DNA from: Prorocentrum cordatum
Lineage: Eukaryota
Length of the DNA: 64,000 nucleotides
NCBI GenBank assembly: GCA_963575745.1
Contig: CAUYUJ010000324.1
Coordinates: 1 to 64,000, forward strand
Reading direction: 5' to 3'
How positions within the stretch are numbered: the stretch's first letter is position 1; each line of letters begins with the position of its first letter. The notes beneath the pieces are model-generated. The model saw nothing but the letters and a program-made list of their open reading frames with translations. It was not told the DNA's origin and searched no databases. Both the position numbers and the translations under genes were made by a program. This document shows positions 45,674 through 58,429 of the stretch, piece after piece.

Positions 45674-48000
45674 ATGATGCGTGTGCGAATGGACACGCGA
45701 GAAAGGGTCGGGACGGGTCGGGACCGGACGGGCCGGGCGGACCCTAACGGGCGGGTCGGGCTGGGTCGACTCGGACCCTAACGAGTCGGGTCGGGGCCAG
45801 TCGAGTCGGGCGGGCCGTAACAGGCAAGTCGGGTCGGGCGTTAAACCCTCGCGGGTGGGGTCGGGGCGGGGCCGGTCGGGTCGGTCGGACCCTAACGGGC
45901 GGGTCGGGTCGGGTCGGCGGGATATTAAAGTATGATGCATGTGCAAATAGACACGCGAGAACCCTAACGGGTCGGGTCGGACCCTAACGGGCGGGTCGGG
46001 TCGGGGCGGCGGGTCATTAAACTATGGTGCATGTGCAAATGGACACGCGAGAAACCTCACTGGTCGGGGCGGGCGGGTCGGCGGGACGTTAGAATATGAT
46101 GCATGTACAAATAGACGCGCGAGAACCCTAGCAGGTCGGGTCGGGGCGGGACCGGTCGGGTCGGGCGGACCCTAACGAGCGGGTCGGGCCGGGTCGGGGC
46201 GGATTCTGACGGGCGGGTCGGGTCGGGTCGGCGGGGCAATAAACGACGATGCATGTACAACTGGACACGTAAAACCCCAAACGGGTCGGGGCGGGGCGGG
46301 GCCGGGCGGGTCGGGCGGGCCCTAACGGGCGGGTCGGGTCGGGACGGGTAAGACCCTAACGGGCGGGTCGGGTCGGGTCGGCGGGACATGAAAATATGAT
46401 GCATGTGCAAATAGACACGCGAGAGACCTCGCGTGTCGGGTCGGGACGGGGCCGGTCGGGTCGGTCGGGCGGGTCGGGTCGGGTCGGGGCGGACCTTAAC
46501 AGGCGGGTCGGGTCGGATCGGCGGGGCATTAATATGATGCATGTGCAAACAGGCACGCGAAAACCCTAACGGGTCGGGTCGGAACGCGACTGTTCGAGCC
46601 GGGCGGATCCTAACGGGCGGGCCGGGCCGGGTCGGACACTAAACGAGCGGGTCGGGTCGGGCCGGCGAGATATTAAAATATGTCGTATGTGCAAATAGAC
46701 ACGGGAGAACCCTAACGGTAGGGGCGGGCTGGGGCGGGTCGGGCGGCCCCTAACGGGCGGGCGGGGTCGGGTCGGGTCGGACCCTGACCGGCGGGTTGGG
46801 CGGGGTCGGCGGGGCATGCATGTGCAAATCGACGCGCGAGAACCCTGACGGGTCGGGGCGGGGACAGGGCCGGACGGGGCGGGCGGACCCGACAAGCGGA
46901 TGGGTCGGGTCGGGTCGGGCCCTAACGGGCGGGTCGGGTCGGGTCGGCGGGACATGAAAGTACGATGCATGTGCAAATAGACACGCGAGTACCCTAACGG
47001 GTCGGGGCGGGGCGGGACCGGTCGGGTCAGGCGGACTCTAACGGGCGGCCCGGGTCGGGCCGGGGCGGACCCTAACGGGCGGGTCGGGTCGGGCCGGGTC
47101 AGACCCTAACTGGCGGGTCGGGTCGGGTCGGCGGGGCGGGTCGGGTCGGGGCGGGACCGGTCGGGTCGGTCGGACCCTAACGGGCGGGTCGGATCGGGTC
47201 GGGTCGGGCCCTAACGGGCGGGTCGGGTCGGGCCGGCGGAGCGTTAAAATACGTTGCATGTGCAAAAAAACCCGCGGGGGCCCTAGCGGGTCGGGGCGGG
47301 GCGGGACCGGGCGGCCCCTAATGGGCGGGTCGGGTCGGGTCGGACCTCAGCGGGCGGGTCGGGTCGGGTCGGCGGGACATTTCAGTGCGATACATGTGCA
47401 AATCGACGCGCGAGAACCCTGACGGGTCGGGGCGGCGCGGGACTGGACGGGCCAGGCGGGCCCTAACGGGCGGGTCGGGCCGGGCCGGGTCGGGCCCTAA
47501 CGGGCGGGCCGGGTCGAGCCGGCGGGGAATTAGAATCTGACGCATGTGCAAATAGTACGCGAGAATCCTAACGGGTCGGGGCGGGGCGGGGCCGGTCGGG
47601 CCGGGCGAACTCTAACGGGCGGGTCGGGCCGGGTCGGGTCGGGCCCTAACGGGCGGGTCGGGTCGGGCCGGCGGGACATTAGAGCATTTTGCATGCGCGA
47701 GTAGACGCGCGAGAATCAGGCCCTAACGGGCGGGTCGGGTCGGGCCCGGTCGGGCCCTAACTGGCGGGTCGGGTCGGGCCGGCGGGGCATGAAAGTATGA
47801 TGCATGTGCGAATAGACGCGCGAGAACCCTGGCGGGTCGGGGCGGGTCGGGTCGGCGGGACATAAAAATATGTTGCGTGTGAGAATAAACACGCGAGAGC
47901 CCTGGCGGGTCGGGGCGGGCCAGGGCGGGCGGGCCCTGGCCGGCGGGTCGGGCCGGGGCGGGTCGGGCCCTGACGGGCGGGCCAGGTCGGGTCGGCGGGC
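45674..48000. repeat. Complex satellite of (GGGTC)n tracts, CCCTAAC motifs and a recurrent AT-richer block of about 40 bp
   Basis: Repeated ...gggtcggcgggatattaaagtatgatgcatgtgcaaatagacacgcgagaaccctaacggg... with variable unit length; a fragment also lies at 39486-39519. Confidence 0.92.
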
Positions 48001-51000
48001 GCGTTCAGATCGAGAGAAGGTTTTCCAAGAAAGCGCCATTGCCAAACAAAATGCACCAGATCGAAGGCAGCGAGTTGTCGGCGGTCGCCCGAGAGAAGCT
48101 CCACCGTGGATACGTGAGCGACGTGAAAGCAGCAACTGACGACGCGAAACGACAAGGGCCATCCGCCGCGGCTGAGCTGAGCAATATTCGCAAAGCTGGT
48201 GGCGAGAAGTCGATGCATCACTTGCGCTCGCGCCTGGCTACTCGCGCGGCGGCAGGCAAAGCGCCCCGCTGTTTCGCCCCCGTGCTCACCTCTTCTCCTG
48301 AGGCCTGCGGCCTCAATGGGCGCCCCGAGGTCTGGGGGCGGAGAAGGCTGGTCCAGGCCCGCCGGGGCAGATCGCACCTCCGCGCCAGCTGGCCCAGCAA
48401 GACCGAAGTCACCGAGGAGGGGGAGTAGGGGGAAGAGCAGGGGGAGGAGCACGAGGAGGAGGAGAAGGAGGCCGAGGAGGAGGAGGAGGAGAAAGGGGAG
48501 GAGGAGGAGGAGGAGGGGGGGCGATGAGGAGGAAGAAGGGGGGGGAGAAGAGGGGGCGGGCGCAGGCTCGCGGCCGTGGACGGGCTAGCGGCCCCTTCGA
48601 CATCGCACGCTTCTCGCGCCTGCACGGGCGCAGCCAGGCGGGCCGCCGCGGCGGGCGAAGGGGGTGGCGGGGGGTGGGGCGAGGGCGAAAAGGGGGCGGG
48701 GGTGGCGACGATTAGGGCGAGATGAGCGAGATGAGGATGGGACGAGGATGGGGGCCATGATGGGACGAGCGAGGGCGAATGCGGCTAGGGTGAGGATGGT
48801 GCCTCTCGTCTCCACATATCCTTATTGGACCTTATCCACGTCGTAGCCCTCTTTCTCGGCCTTCTCGTATTCTTCGTCTTCCTCGCCCTCGCCCCGCTGA
48901 TCCTCGCCCTGCTCGCCCCCGCCCCCCCCCCCCCCCTCTCCTGCGATCCCGCCGCGCCCGCCCTCGTCTTCGCGCTCGCCCCCCCCCCCCGGGCGGTGCG
49001 CGGAGGTGCCCGAGAGGGGCGCCGGGGGGTTCTACATGCGCGCGCAGCGCCACGTGCGCTACCGCGTTGAAAAATACGACATGTCAGAGCACGAGGCCTG
49101 CGTTGCGACCGTCTCTTTGCGTCCGCTTATGGACGGGGCGCGTGCGTTTGCGCGCGCGGGGGGTGGGGGGCGGGGGCGGGCGGGGGGGGGCGCCGGCAGG
49201 AGGGGGGGAAGGGCGCGAGGAAGGTAGGAAAGGATGGAGGAGGTGGACGAGGGACCGAGAAGAGAAGGAGGAGGGAGGGGGATGCACCTCACCACGGATC
49301 CCCATTATAACCACGCACTCAGGGGCAACGAATGACCGTTCGGCCCCTCGCTCTGATGCTGCGCGAGGGGGCATTCTCGCCGCGCGCGAGGGGCCTCGCG
49401 CCTCGCGCGCAGGACAAACGCATGCAATGCAGCGTTGCATGTTGTTTCTATGGCCCACTGCAGGCTTTGGACCGATGGCCCATCGACTCAGGCGATGACA
49501 CCCAGTTTGAGACTGACAAGAGCGGCCCTGGAGGGTGCGTGCGGGCTCTCATCGGCATTGGGGATTTTGTTCTCAATTGCGACCAGTCAGAGACCGCCAA
49601 TCGCGTTGAGGCGTGGGATAAAGATCCCCAGAAGCCCTCGGAATCACACTTGCAAAACCTGGAGGGCCAGTTTGACGACGTTGACACGTGGGACTCGAAC
49701 CTCCAGAGGGCCGTGCCTGGCCGCGTCGCAGGCTCGTTCGCGCGCCCCCGTGGTCGCGGATCGAGCGGAAGGCTGCCTTCGGACAGGCCGACGACGATGC
49801 AGTCGGGGGAGGGTCGGGGGCGCCCGGCAGACGGCCGCGGCGGCGAGAGGAGCAGGTCCAGGAGCAGGCCGCGCCCCGCGCCTTCCGGGTGCGACAAGAG
49901 CAGCACCGAGGGCAGAAGGGGGTCCCGCCTCGCTGACGCGCCGCTTGATGGTGACGACGATGAGGGCTTGCCGCCAGGGCCCGACGGCGACTCCGACGAT
50001 TCCAAGCCGCAGCCTGCGGCCATGAAGAAACGCAAGGGCGGCAAGAGCTTCTCGGGCGTGGCCATGGCGGACCACGCGAAGTCGCAGCGCAAGACGAAGG
50101 GTCTGGAGAGCACGTGGGGCCAGGCGCTGGACGCGACGGGATCTATCTTCGCCGATGCTGTGCCCGAGGCCGGGAATAGCCCAGGGATCAAGCTGCTGCT
50201 GAACAATATCGTCTTCAAGGGCGCGCGCTGCCAGGCCGTCTTCTCAGCGGTTGGCAGCGCGAAGCACTTTCCGAGCATCGCCAACATGATCGAGCCGACA
50301 AACCCCCAGCTGTCTCAGGGCGTCGCGGAGAGCTTCCACCCCGGCAGCGAGACCACGCAGATCCAGGAAGGGTTGCGTCACGGGCCTGCTTCTCGATTGG
50401 AGGTGAATGCGTGGCTGCAGCGTGTGGGCCAGCTGGGAATTCGGAGATGGCGCTGGGGGGTGAACGCATGCAGCTGGCAATTGCGGGTTGGGATTTGCGT
50501 TCAGGGGCAGTGGGCTGAACAATGCTGCGCGCCAGATTTGAGGGCGGGGCCGGCCCGTCAGCCCCGCCCCCGCAACGGATGCACAACGCTAGCGCCCACA
50601 GCTGATTTCCAACTTGGGAGGAGCTTACTCGCCCCAAGAGGGGGCCCGAGAACGAAACGAACCCCCTTGCACAGAAGTGCTTTGCCGCCCCAGGATACCA
50701 ACGCTCGTCTTCAAGGGATTCGTCGCCCTCAAGGCCCCTTAGGGGCTGCGGGGGGGGGGGGGGGGGAGGCATTTGTTTAGCAGACGATGGATTTGCGGGC
50801 CAAACTGGCCCGCATCGAGGCGGAAGCGGCGGAAGCGGGGTGCGTGGGTTGGCGGGTGGGTGTCAACATGATCGGTTGGCGCTCTCATGGGTGCCGCTCT
50901 TGGCTTCGTCTCGTGGACCTGTTATTCGGGATTTGGTTCGCGCTTGCCCCCTCCCGCCACTCGCGGCGCCTCTGGCGCTCGGGGAACAGAAAAGAACGAC

Positions 51001-51591
51001 GCGACTGACGAATGACAGAGCGCCGAATACAAGCACGACGCACAAAACGAAAAACAATAACCACAACGCCAAAACGAATGACACTACGATGAACACCACA
51101 ACGAACAACACCGCGAACAACAACCACAACGACAAAAACAACTAGCAAACCAAAGAACAGCAAAACGAAGAAAACAACGAACAACAATCGAAACCAAATC
51201 AACACAATGAATAACAACAACCACGCTGTACATGGCGTTGTTCCTGTGGGCCCGACAGCGTTTCCGCGGCCGTTTGCCCCAGGTTTCGGTCGAAGCCCAG
51301 CACCGGCCCCGTTTCCCGCGCAGATGCCGCATCCTCGTCGCCGCTGAGGGCCGCAGATGCCGCGGCCACGTCGCCGCAGGGCCCGATCCAAGCTCTGGCT
51401 CTGGCGAGGTGGCCGCGGCGATCACCCCGCCGACTCCGCGGGGGGGGGCTCCGCCAGGGCCGGAGGGTCCGCAGGGCCTCGTCGCCGCGGCAGCCGAGGG
51501 AGTTCAGGCGCCGCGCACTCCGCCGTCCCCAGTCGCCGAGGCGCCAGGCGGAGACCTCAAGGGCAGCGACTCTTCGTCGGACGACGCGGGC

Positions 51592-51622
<31 letters not shown>

Positions 51623-51986
51623 ACGGCGCTTCCAGCGCGACAGTGCCCTCGCCGCAGCGGCCGCGGCCAGATCTCCTGGCTGAGACCGTCGAGACGGCGC
51701 CTGCGGCTGCGGGCGTGGCGACGATGCCCCGCGATGCCTCGGGGGCGTTGGTCACCCGCTTGGCGACGGCGCGCGCGATTGTCGGCGAAACGATCCTCCG
51801 CCCGAAGATCGCGGGGGGCGCGCTCAGGGCACTGGGCAATGTTGTCGGCAGGGAGCTCGGGAAGGGCAACGACGTCAAGATCGAGAGGCCGGGGGCGCTC
51901 GCCAACCTGCACCGCCCGGCGGGGGCAGCGCGGGGCCCGAACATCTGCGCCACCGCCAACTCCCCCCCCCCCCCCCCCCCCCCCCC

Positions 51987-52086
51987 NNNNNNNNNNNNNN
52001 NNNNNNNNNNNNNNNNNNNNNNNNNNNNNNNNNNNNNNNNNNNNNNNNNNNNNNNNNNNNNNNNNNNNNNNNNNNNNNNNNNNNNN
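51987..52086. other. Assembly gap (100 N)
   Basis: Run of exactly 100 n after a poly(C) tract. Confidence 0.99.
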
Positions 52087-53207
52087 TTGAGGAGGAAGAG
52101 AACGAGGGCGAGGACGTCAGCGGCGCATCGCCTGAAGCTCCTCCAGGCAGCCGAGCTCCCGCCCCTTGCCCCCGCTCGGGGGGCGCCAGATCCGAAGACT
52201 TCCCGACCCGCCGCTGCTTGGTCGAGCGCGGCTGCCGGCCCCCCCCAAGCGCGCGATGGCCCGCGCCCAGCGCGGGCGCGCCCGCTTCGGCACGGGGCCC
52301 CTTCGCTGATAGCGCGGGCCTGTTCTTAATCACCCGTCCGGCCACCTCGCCCCCCCCCCCCACGCGCCAGTTGCCCAGACGCCCGCCCCCCTTGGAAAAG
52401 GGGATGGGCGGGGCGCCGCTGACGAATAATGCGCTCTGAAACCCTATCCTCGAGGCCGCCTTTTAACAGCATGGCGGGCCGTCGCCCTCGACGTCTTCCC
52501 GTTGTCGACGCGCCATTTGCGGCCAGCGTCGGCGAGCCCCCCCGCGACGCGCGCCGGCCCAGCCTGGGGCGACAGGGCGGGCGCGGGCCGAACGTCCGCG
52601 CCGTCGGCTCGCCGGGGCCAGCGAGCAGACAGCGACCGCCAGCGACCTTCGCATTCAAATTAAGACGTCACCGAGGGTCATTTCGAAATTCCGACCTCCC
52701 CGAGGGCAGCCCCCAAAGTGATGGGACCGCTGAACCCCCCCATCCACTCCTTCATTTTCTGCCACCCCCCCATCGCCCCCGCCCATCTTTGGTGCGCCTC
52801 TTGATCCCCACCCCCCCCAGCCCTCGCGTTCCCCAGCCGACGCATCGGGGCAGGGCGGGCGCGGAGGGGGGGGCGGGGCGGGGGGGGGGGGCAAGAAAAG
52901 GTGTGGACGAGGAGGAGAGGTGGACGAGGAGGAGGAGGAGCGCACGGCTGCGCACCCACTGCGTCTGCAACTTTCCGCGGGGCGCAGCCGGCGGGGACCG
53001 GCGGCCTTCGTCTCGATATGACCTGCGCGATCTTCTCCGTCCGAATCCACCTCGCCGTCCAAGTCAGTCGCGTAGTCCAGCCTCGGCCGTGCGCGCGTTG
53101 CCCCTGTGCCCCGTGCCCCTCGCCCCTTTCCTCGCCCTCTTCCTCGCCCCCCCCCTCCTCCGCCCCCCCCCTTACCCGCGCCCCCCCCCCCCCCCCCCCC
53201 CCTCCTC

Positions 53208-53900
53208 CACAATTACTCAATATGAAAATGCTCTCCCTCTTCCCCTGATGGCGCCCGGGCGATGGCCGCGCACCCTCCGCGCATTGTTTTTCTGCACGCA
53301 GGATCCCCGGGAAATCCCGGGAAACGACTCTCGCTGAGGCGGCGGCGTCATTTTTCCCCAAAATGCTGCTCTCGTTGAGGCGCCGGCCTCATTTCTGCTC
53401 CCGAATCGTTCCGAATCGTGCTCCCGCTGCAGCGTGGGCCTCATTTTCGGATCGGTGTTTCGCCTCCGTCGTTCAGGATGGCGTTCTCGCACCAGCGCGC
53501 GCCTTTTTCTCGCGCGCCCATCCGCCCGCCACCGCCGCGCCGCACCGCCACCACCACCACCGCCACCACCACCGCCACCGCCACAACCAGCACCAGCACC
53601 AGCACCAGTACCAACACCACAAGCACCAGCACCAGCACCACCACCACCAGCACCAGCACCACCACCATCACCACCACCACCACCACTACCACCACCACCA
53701 CCACCACCACCACCACCACCACGACAACCACGCACACACGCACGCACGCACGCACGTGCACCACCACCCACTACGCACGCGCGCGCGGAAGCCGCAGGTC
53801 CGCTACCGACACGCGTCCGCGGATAGAGAAAATCAGCGCCATGGTAAGGGATGGGGGGGGGGGTAGGACGTCAGATATGGACGCGAGGGCACCCAGCTTG
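53208..53900 (+). repeat. Dispersed repeat (copy 2, uninterrupted; empty site for the 8708-10545 insertion)
   Basis: Co-linear with 8624-8707 plus 10546-11300. Confidence 0.85.
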
Positions 53901-53912
53901 TCCCCCTCCACC

Positions 53913-53943
<31 letters not shown>

Positions 53944-55054
53944 CCTCCCCCCCCCCCCCCCCCCCCCCCCCCCCCGTTCACCCCCCTCCTTCCCCCCACC
54001 CCCCGTCCCTGTTCACCCTCCTGTGGTGCTCGTGAATCCCCATCTGGCACCCCCTTCTTCCCCCCCGGCCCCCCCCAAGCACCCCCAGCGCAGCCCTCTT
54101 CCCCCGCGCGCCCCCCCGCGAGGAGCAGCGGAGATCCCGGCGCGTCGCCCGAGTCAAAAGCCCGCCCGCAGCTGGCCGTCGCGCCGGGATCGCGCGCGCT
54201 TCGCCGGCGAGGGGGCGGCCCCCCTGCAGGCGCCGCGCCCGGCGCGGTCGGGCCCGCGGGGCGCCCCCCGAGGGTTCGCCCGGGCCAGGCGCCCCGGCGA
54301 GAAAAGAACGAGGGGGGGGTCGCAATAGCGGCGGCGACGATGAGAATGACGATGATGGGCGCGCAGTGACTGGCCCCGCGCCAGGGCCGCGCACGCGCCC
54401 TCGCTGCCCCCCCCGCTGATCTCGCCCAAACCTAGGCAAGTGCGCAGCGCTAAACTACATGATCAACGCGCGCGTCAACTTGTCAACAATTGCACGCTGA
54501 GCGCAACGCATCGCAAGCAATCGCGGCTGACGCGGGCGAGCAAGATTGCGCGTCGGATTTGCAAACGCGAAAACGTCGCGGCGCTGTGCGCGCGCACGCA
54601 TCGGGAACAACATCTTTGGAACATAAGAAAGTTCCCAAAGTCTGTTCTGGAACGACTCGGGGCTCTGCGCCCGACAGCAACCCTCGGCGCGGCGGCCCTT
54701 CGTGCGGCAATAACTGCACTTAGTCATCCCCGCGAGCTCGTCTGCCGACGATCGCCGCGGTCCGTCGCGAGGGGGTCGTCGATCGCGGGCGGCGTCTCGA
54801 GGCGGGCGACGGTCGCGAGCGGGGCGGCTGTCGTCGCGACGCCGCCTTGCTGGGGCCGAAGGTCGCCCCCAACCCCCCCGGCCCTCCGTCGCGGGGCTCA
54901 AGGGCCGTCGATTCTCCCGGGCAGCGCGCTCGAGGTCTTCATCCCCCTTTCCAGGATCTCCCCCTCGCGATCTCTGCCCGCCAGGAACGCCCCCGGCCGC
55001 CCCTCGCTCGGGCAAGCCTCGCCCAGCTCAGCCAGGGGCGCTGCCTCGGCATCT

Positions 55055-55390
<336 letters not shown>

Positions 55391-55419
55391 AATCGCCCTC
55401 GCCGTCGTCGTCGCAGTCG

Positions 55420-57055
55420 TCCTGAACGGCCGCGAGCACTGCAGTCTCGCCTGTCGCTCGCGCGGGCATGGCCGCTTCGGGCCTAGATCCGACTCGACAG
55501 GCAGGGCCGCATGATAACCTCGCCGTGCAGCTGGAAGCAGCCGCACAGAACCCGCAAAGTCCATCTGCTTCAGGGCCCACGCAACCTGCGCGAAGTCGAG
55601 TTTGCCTCTGTCGAGTAGGGGATCAACTATAGACTTGGCTTACCCCGAAATTGATGTTTCGTCGCAGCTACAAAGGTAGATTTAAAACGTTCGTGGACAG
55701 CTACGTATTCCTTCGTCGAGTCGACGAACACATCCAATTGAAAGGAAACTAGCTCTGCATTTGATATCCGACTCGATTCTGGTGAGGATGAAGAAGATCC
55801 GGAGGCCCCGCGTAGAAAGTCCCGCTCCCTCCTCCAGGAGTAGGCCCTTGAACCTGTAGCTCATCCATAGGTCGCGGCCTTCCGCTTCGACGAACTGCGA
55901 TTCCCTCCTGGACACGAACTGGATGAGAGTTTCTTTGCTGTTGCGACTCGCCTTGTAGGTTGCGCGCCGGCCATATTTCGTCTCCTTCTCGCTCGCCAAT
56001 CACCAAGTCCATGCTCGACATAATGACCTCCAACCAGCGTCGGCTGGACAATGTCGACTCGCTGACGTCCTCGAGCTGGACCTGCGGCGTCCAATCGAAC
56101 TGCTTCAGTAGGTTCTCGGCCTTTTTCCACATGACTACATCCGCATTCTGGTCTCAACACTGGACGGCTCGTTTCCACTGACAGTACTGGCTCCAGCCGG
56201 GCCGCGCTGAAGGGTCGGAGTAATCGCCCCGGCCCGAGCCTCCAGCATTCCAGGGGCCGATCTCATTTTTCGTATTCCGCGGGTCCCAGTCGCCGTCGTC
56301 GGCCTGCCACTCCGTGGACCACCATTCCCATCACTCGCCGGTTTGCCACGTATTGTACTCATCGGGTCCGTTTCCGCTCTAGCGAAAAAGGCGCTGCCTC
56401 CAAGGGTCCGTGTCCCCTCAAGGATCTGGAGGTACCCCGGAGACTTGCGGACACGCCGACGAAGGAGGGACCGTTACTTTCCCGCTCGTGGTCGCCGCGA
56501 CCACCTTGTCTACAAGCACTCGAAATCCCTCGGCCTGCTCGTCCGTGGTGGGGGAGGGTCATGTGTTGCTGCTGTTGCCGCGGGCTGCCGCGGCCGCAGG
56601 CTTGTCGGAGGGCGGGGCCATGACTGCTCGAATGTCGGCGCCGTCGTCCGTTTTCCTATCGTCCTTGCTGCTCTCATCGTCGGGCTTGCCTTCGCCCGAC
56701 ATTGCCGTATTTCGTCCGCTCACTCAGGGTACGACTTCCCGCGTGTTCTCCGAACTCTCGAGGTCACGACACAACACCGCCTAGCAACACTCCATGGCGA
56801 CCCCTCCGACCTGGAGCCTCACCACGAGGCTCCGCTACCAACTGTGCCAGCAACACCGATAGCAATGAGGCCTTTCCATTTTGAACCACACGATAACAAT
56901 CACATAGATTTGCACTTCCCCTGTAGTGCTGACAGCTTTCCCTGCAACACTAATTACAGTGTCAAGCCAAACCTATGTGATACACCAAAACGATACAAAA
57001 CGCTGTGGGTTTCCACACAGGAAGCTGCAAATACTGATGTCCCGTCGGAGAGTCA
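55420..57055 (-). mobile_element. Fragment of a second LTR retrotransposon: partial 5' LTR, PBS and decayed gag
   Basis: The minus strand reads ...ggcaCA gt TGGTAGCGGAGCC (PBS-like, 56828-56840). Downstream translation WKKAENLL..LEVIMSSMDL / EKETKYGRRATYKASRNSKETLIQFVSRRESQF..FKGLLLEEGAGL is gag-like. Confidence 0.55.
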
Positions 57056-57986
57056 ATGAGTTTACTGTTCTCGCCGTTTCGGGTTCCCGACGCTCCGGGA
57101 TGGTCCCATAGTCCCCCAAGATCGCCCCAAAGCGTCCTAAGAGGCCCCGAAGAGGCCCGCAAGACGGCCCAAGAAGGCCCCAAGACGGCCCAAGGAACCC
57201 CCAAGACAGCTCCATAAACCTCCAAAACGGCTCGCAAGTGCCCAAAAAGGAACCCACGACTGGCCAAACAAGGCCCCAAGACGGCCGCAGAAGGCCAAGG
57301 GGCCCCGTAAAGGTTCCAGAGGCGCCTACGAGGCTCCCCGAAAGGCACTTTCAGAGGCCCCCAAGAGGCTCCCACGATGCCCCCAGGAGGCCCAAAGAGG
57401 GCCTCAAGAGGCCGCCTCTTCTTTTTCCTCCTCTTCCCCCTCCTCCCCCTCGTCCCCATATTCCTCCCTCTCCTCCTCCTCCTCCTCCTTTTCCTCCTCT
57501 TCCTTCTCCTCCCCCTCCTCCTCCACCTCCCGATTTCGCTCCTCCGCCTCTTCTTTTCCCAACAGTTCTTCCAAGGGGTTCCGCGACGGCTGGGGGGACA
57601 TATAGTTCAATAGTCTGGCCAGACTTCGGCACAAGGTTTGGCCGCGTGGCCTTTCCCAAAAGGCAGTGGGCGGCGGTGATTCGCCGTAGGCGTCTTCGAT
57701 ACTTCTCCTTGCAAGGAAGTCCTAATGACATTCGAAAACCCAACGAAAGCCTGCCGAAACCGGATTTTTTGTTTGGTGCTGGGTGCCTAGCAAGCGGGAT
57801 CGGAGCATGTCGAGTCGTCGTAGGAGCGCGCCGCATCGGCGATGCATCGGCGATGGCGGGATGGAGAAGATTGGGCTCCAGACCTCGCAGCATCGCCGAT
57901 GCGTCGGCGATGCGGCGTGATCTTCCGATCCCGTCCATTCGGGCACGATTTGGGCGTCTCCTGCCCGTCCCTCACCGGGCCTGAAT

Positions 57987-58138
57987 TGATGGGGAGACGA
58001 TACATGGGGGGGGAGAAAAATTACTTCTCTGGCCTTTAAAGACTCCGTTGGGCATGAAGGGCCCCTTCAGGGGCCCTAGAGCGGCCCTTTTCTGCCGCCC
58101 TCGCCCGCCCCCCGGCTCAATGTAGCGCCCCCCCATTA
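57987..58138. mobile_element. Possible MITE with imperfect TIRs
   Basis: The left end atggggagacgatacat resembles the reverse complement of the right end, aatggggggcgctacat. Confidence 0.35.
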
Positions 58139-58429
58139 CGCGAGGCCCTTCCTCCTCGACACGTCGCCGGGCCAGGCCCGTCGCCGTAAAAGGCCAGTTC
58201 CTTCTGGCTGTAGCCCTCGGCGCCAGTGCTGCAGGCCTCCGGGTGCCGAGAGCAGAGAAACAGCCCGTGGGGGTACGAGGAGAGCAGGGGAAGGAGGAGA
58301 ATTCATCTCCTCCTCCCCCTCTTCCTCTTCCTCTTTCTCTCCTGCTGCTGCTCCTCCTCCTCCTCCTCCTCCTGGTCCTCCTGGTCCTCCTCCTGGTCCT
58401 GGTCCTGATCCTCGTTCCCCCCCATTCTT

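Noticed and set aside
45674..48000. True telomere or interstitial telomeric array
   Set aside because: CCCTAA occurs singly between GGGTC tracts and never as a tandem array.
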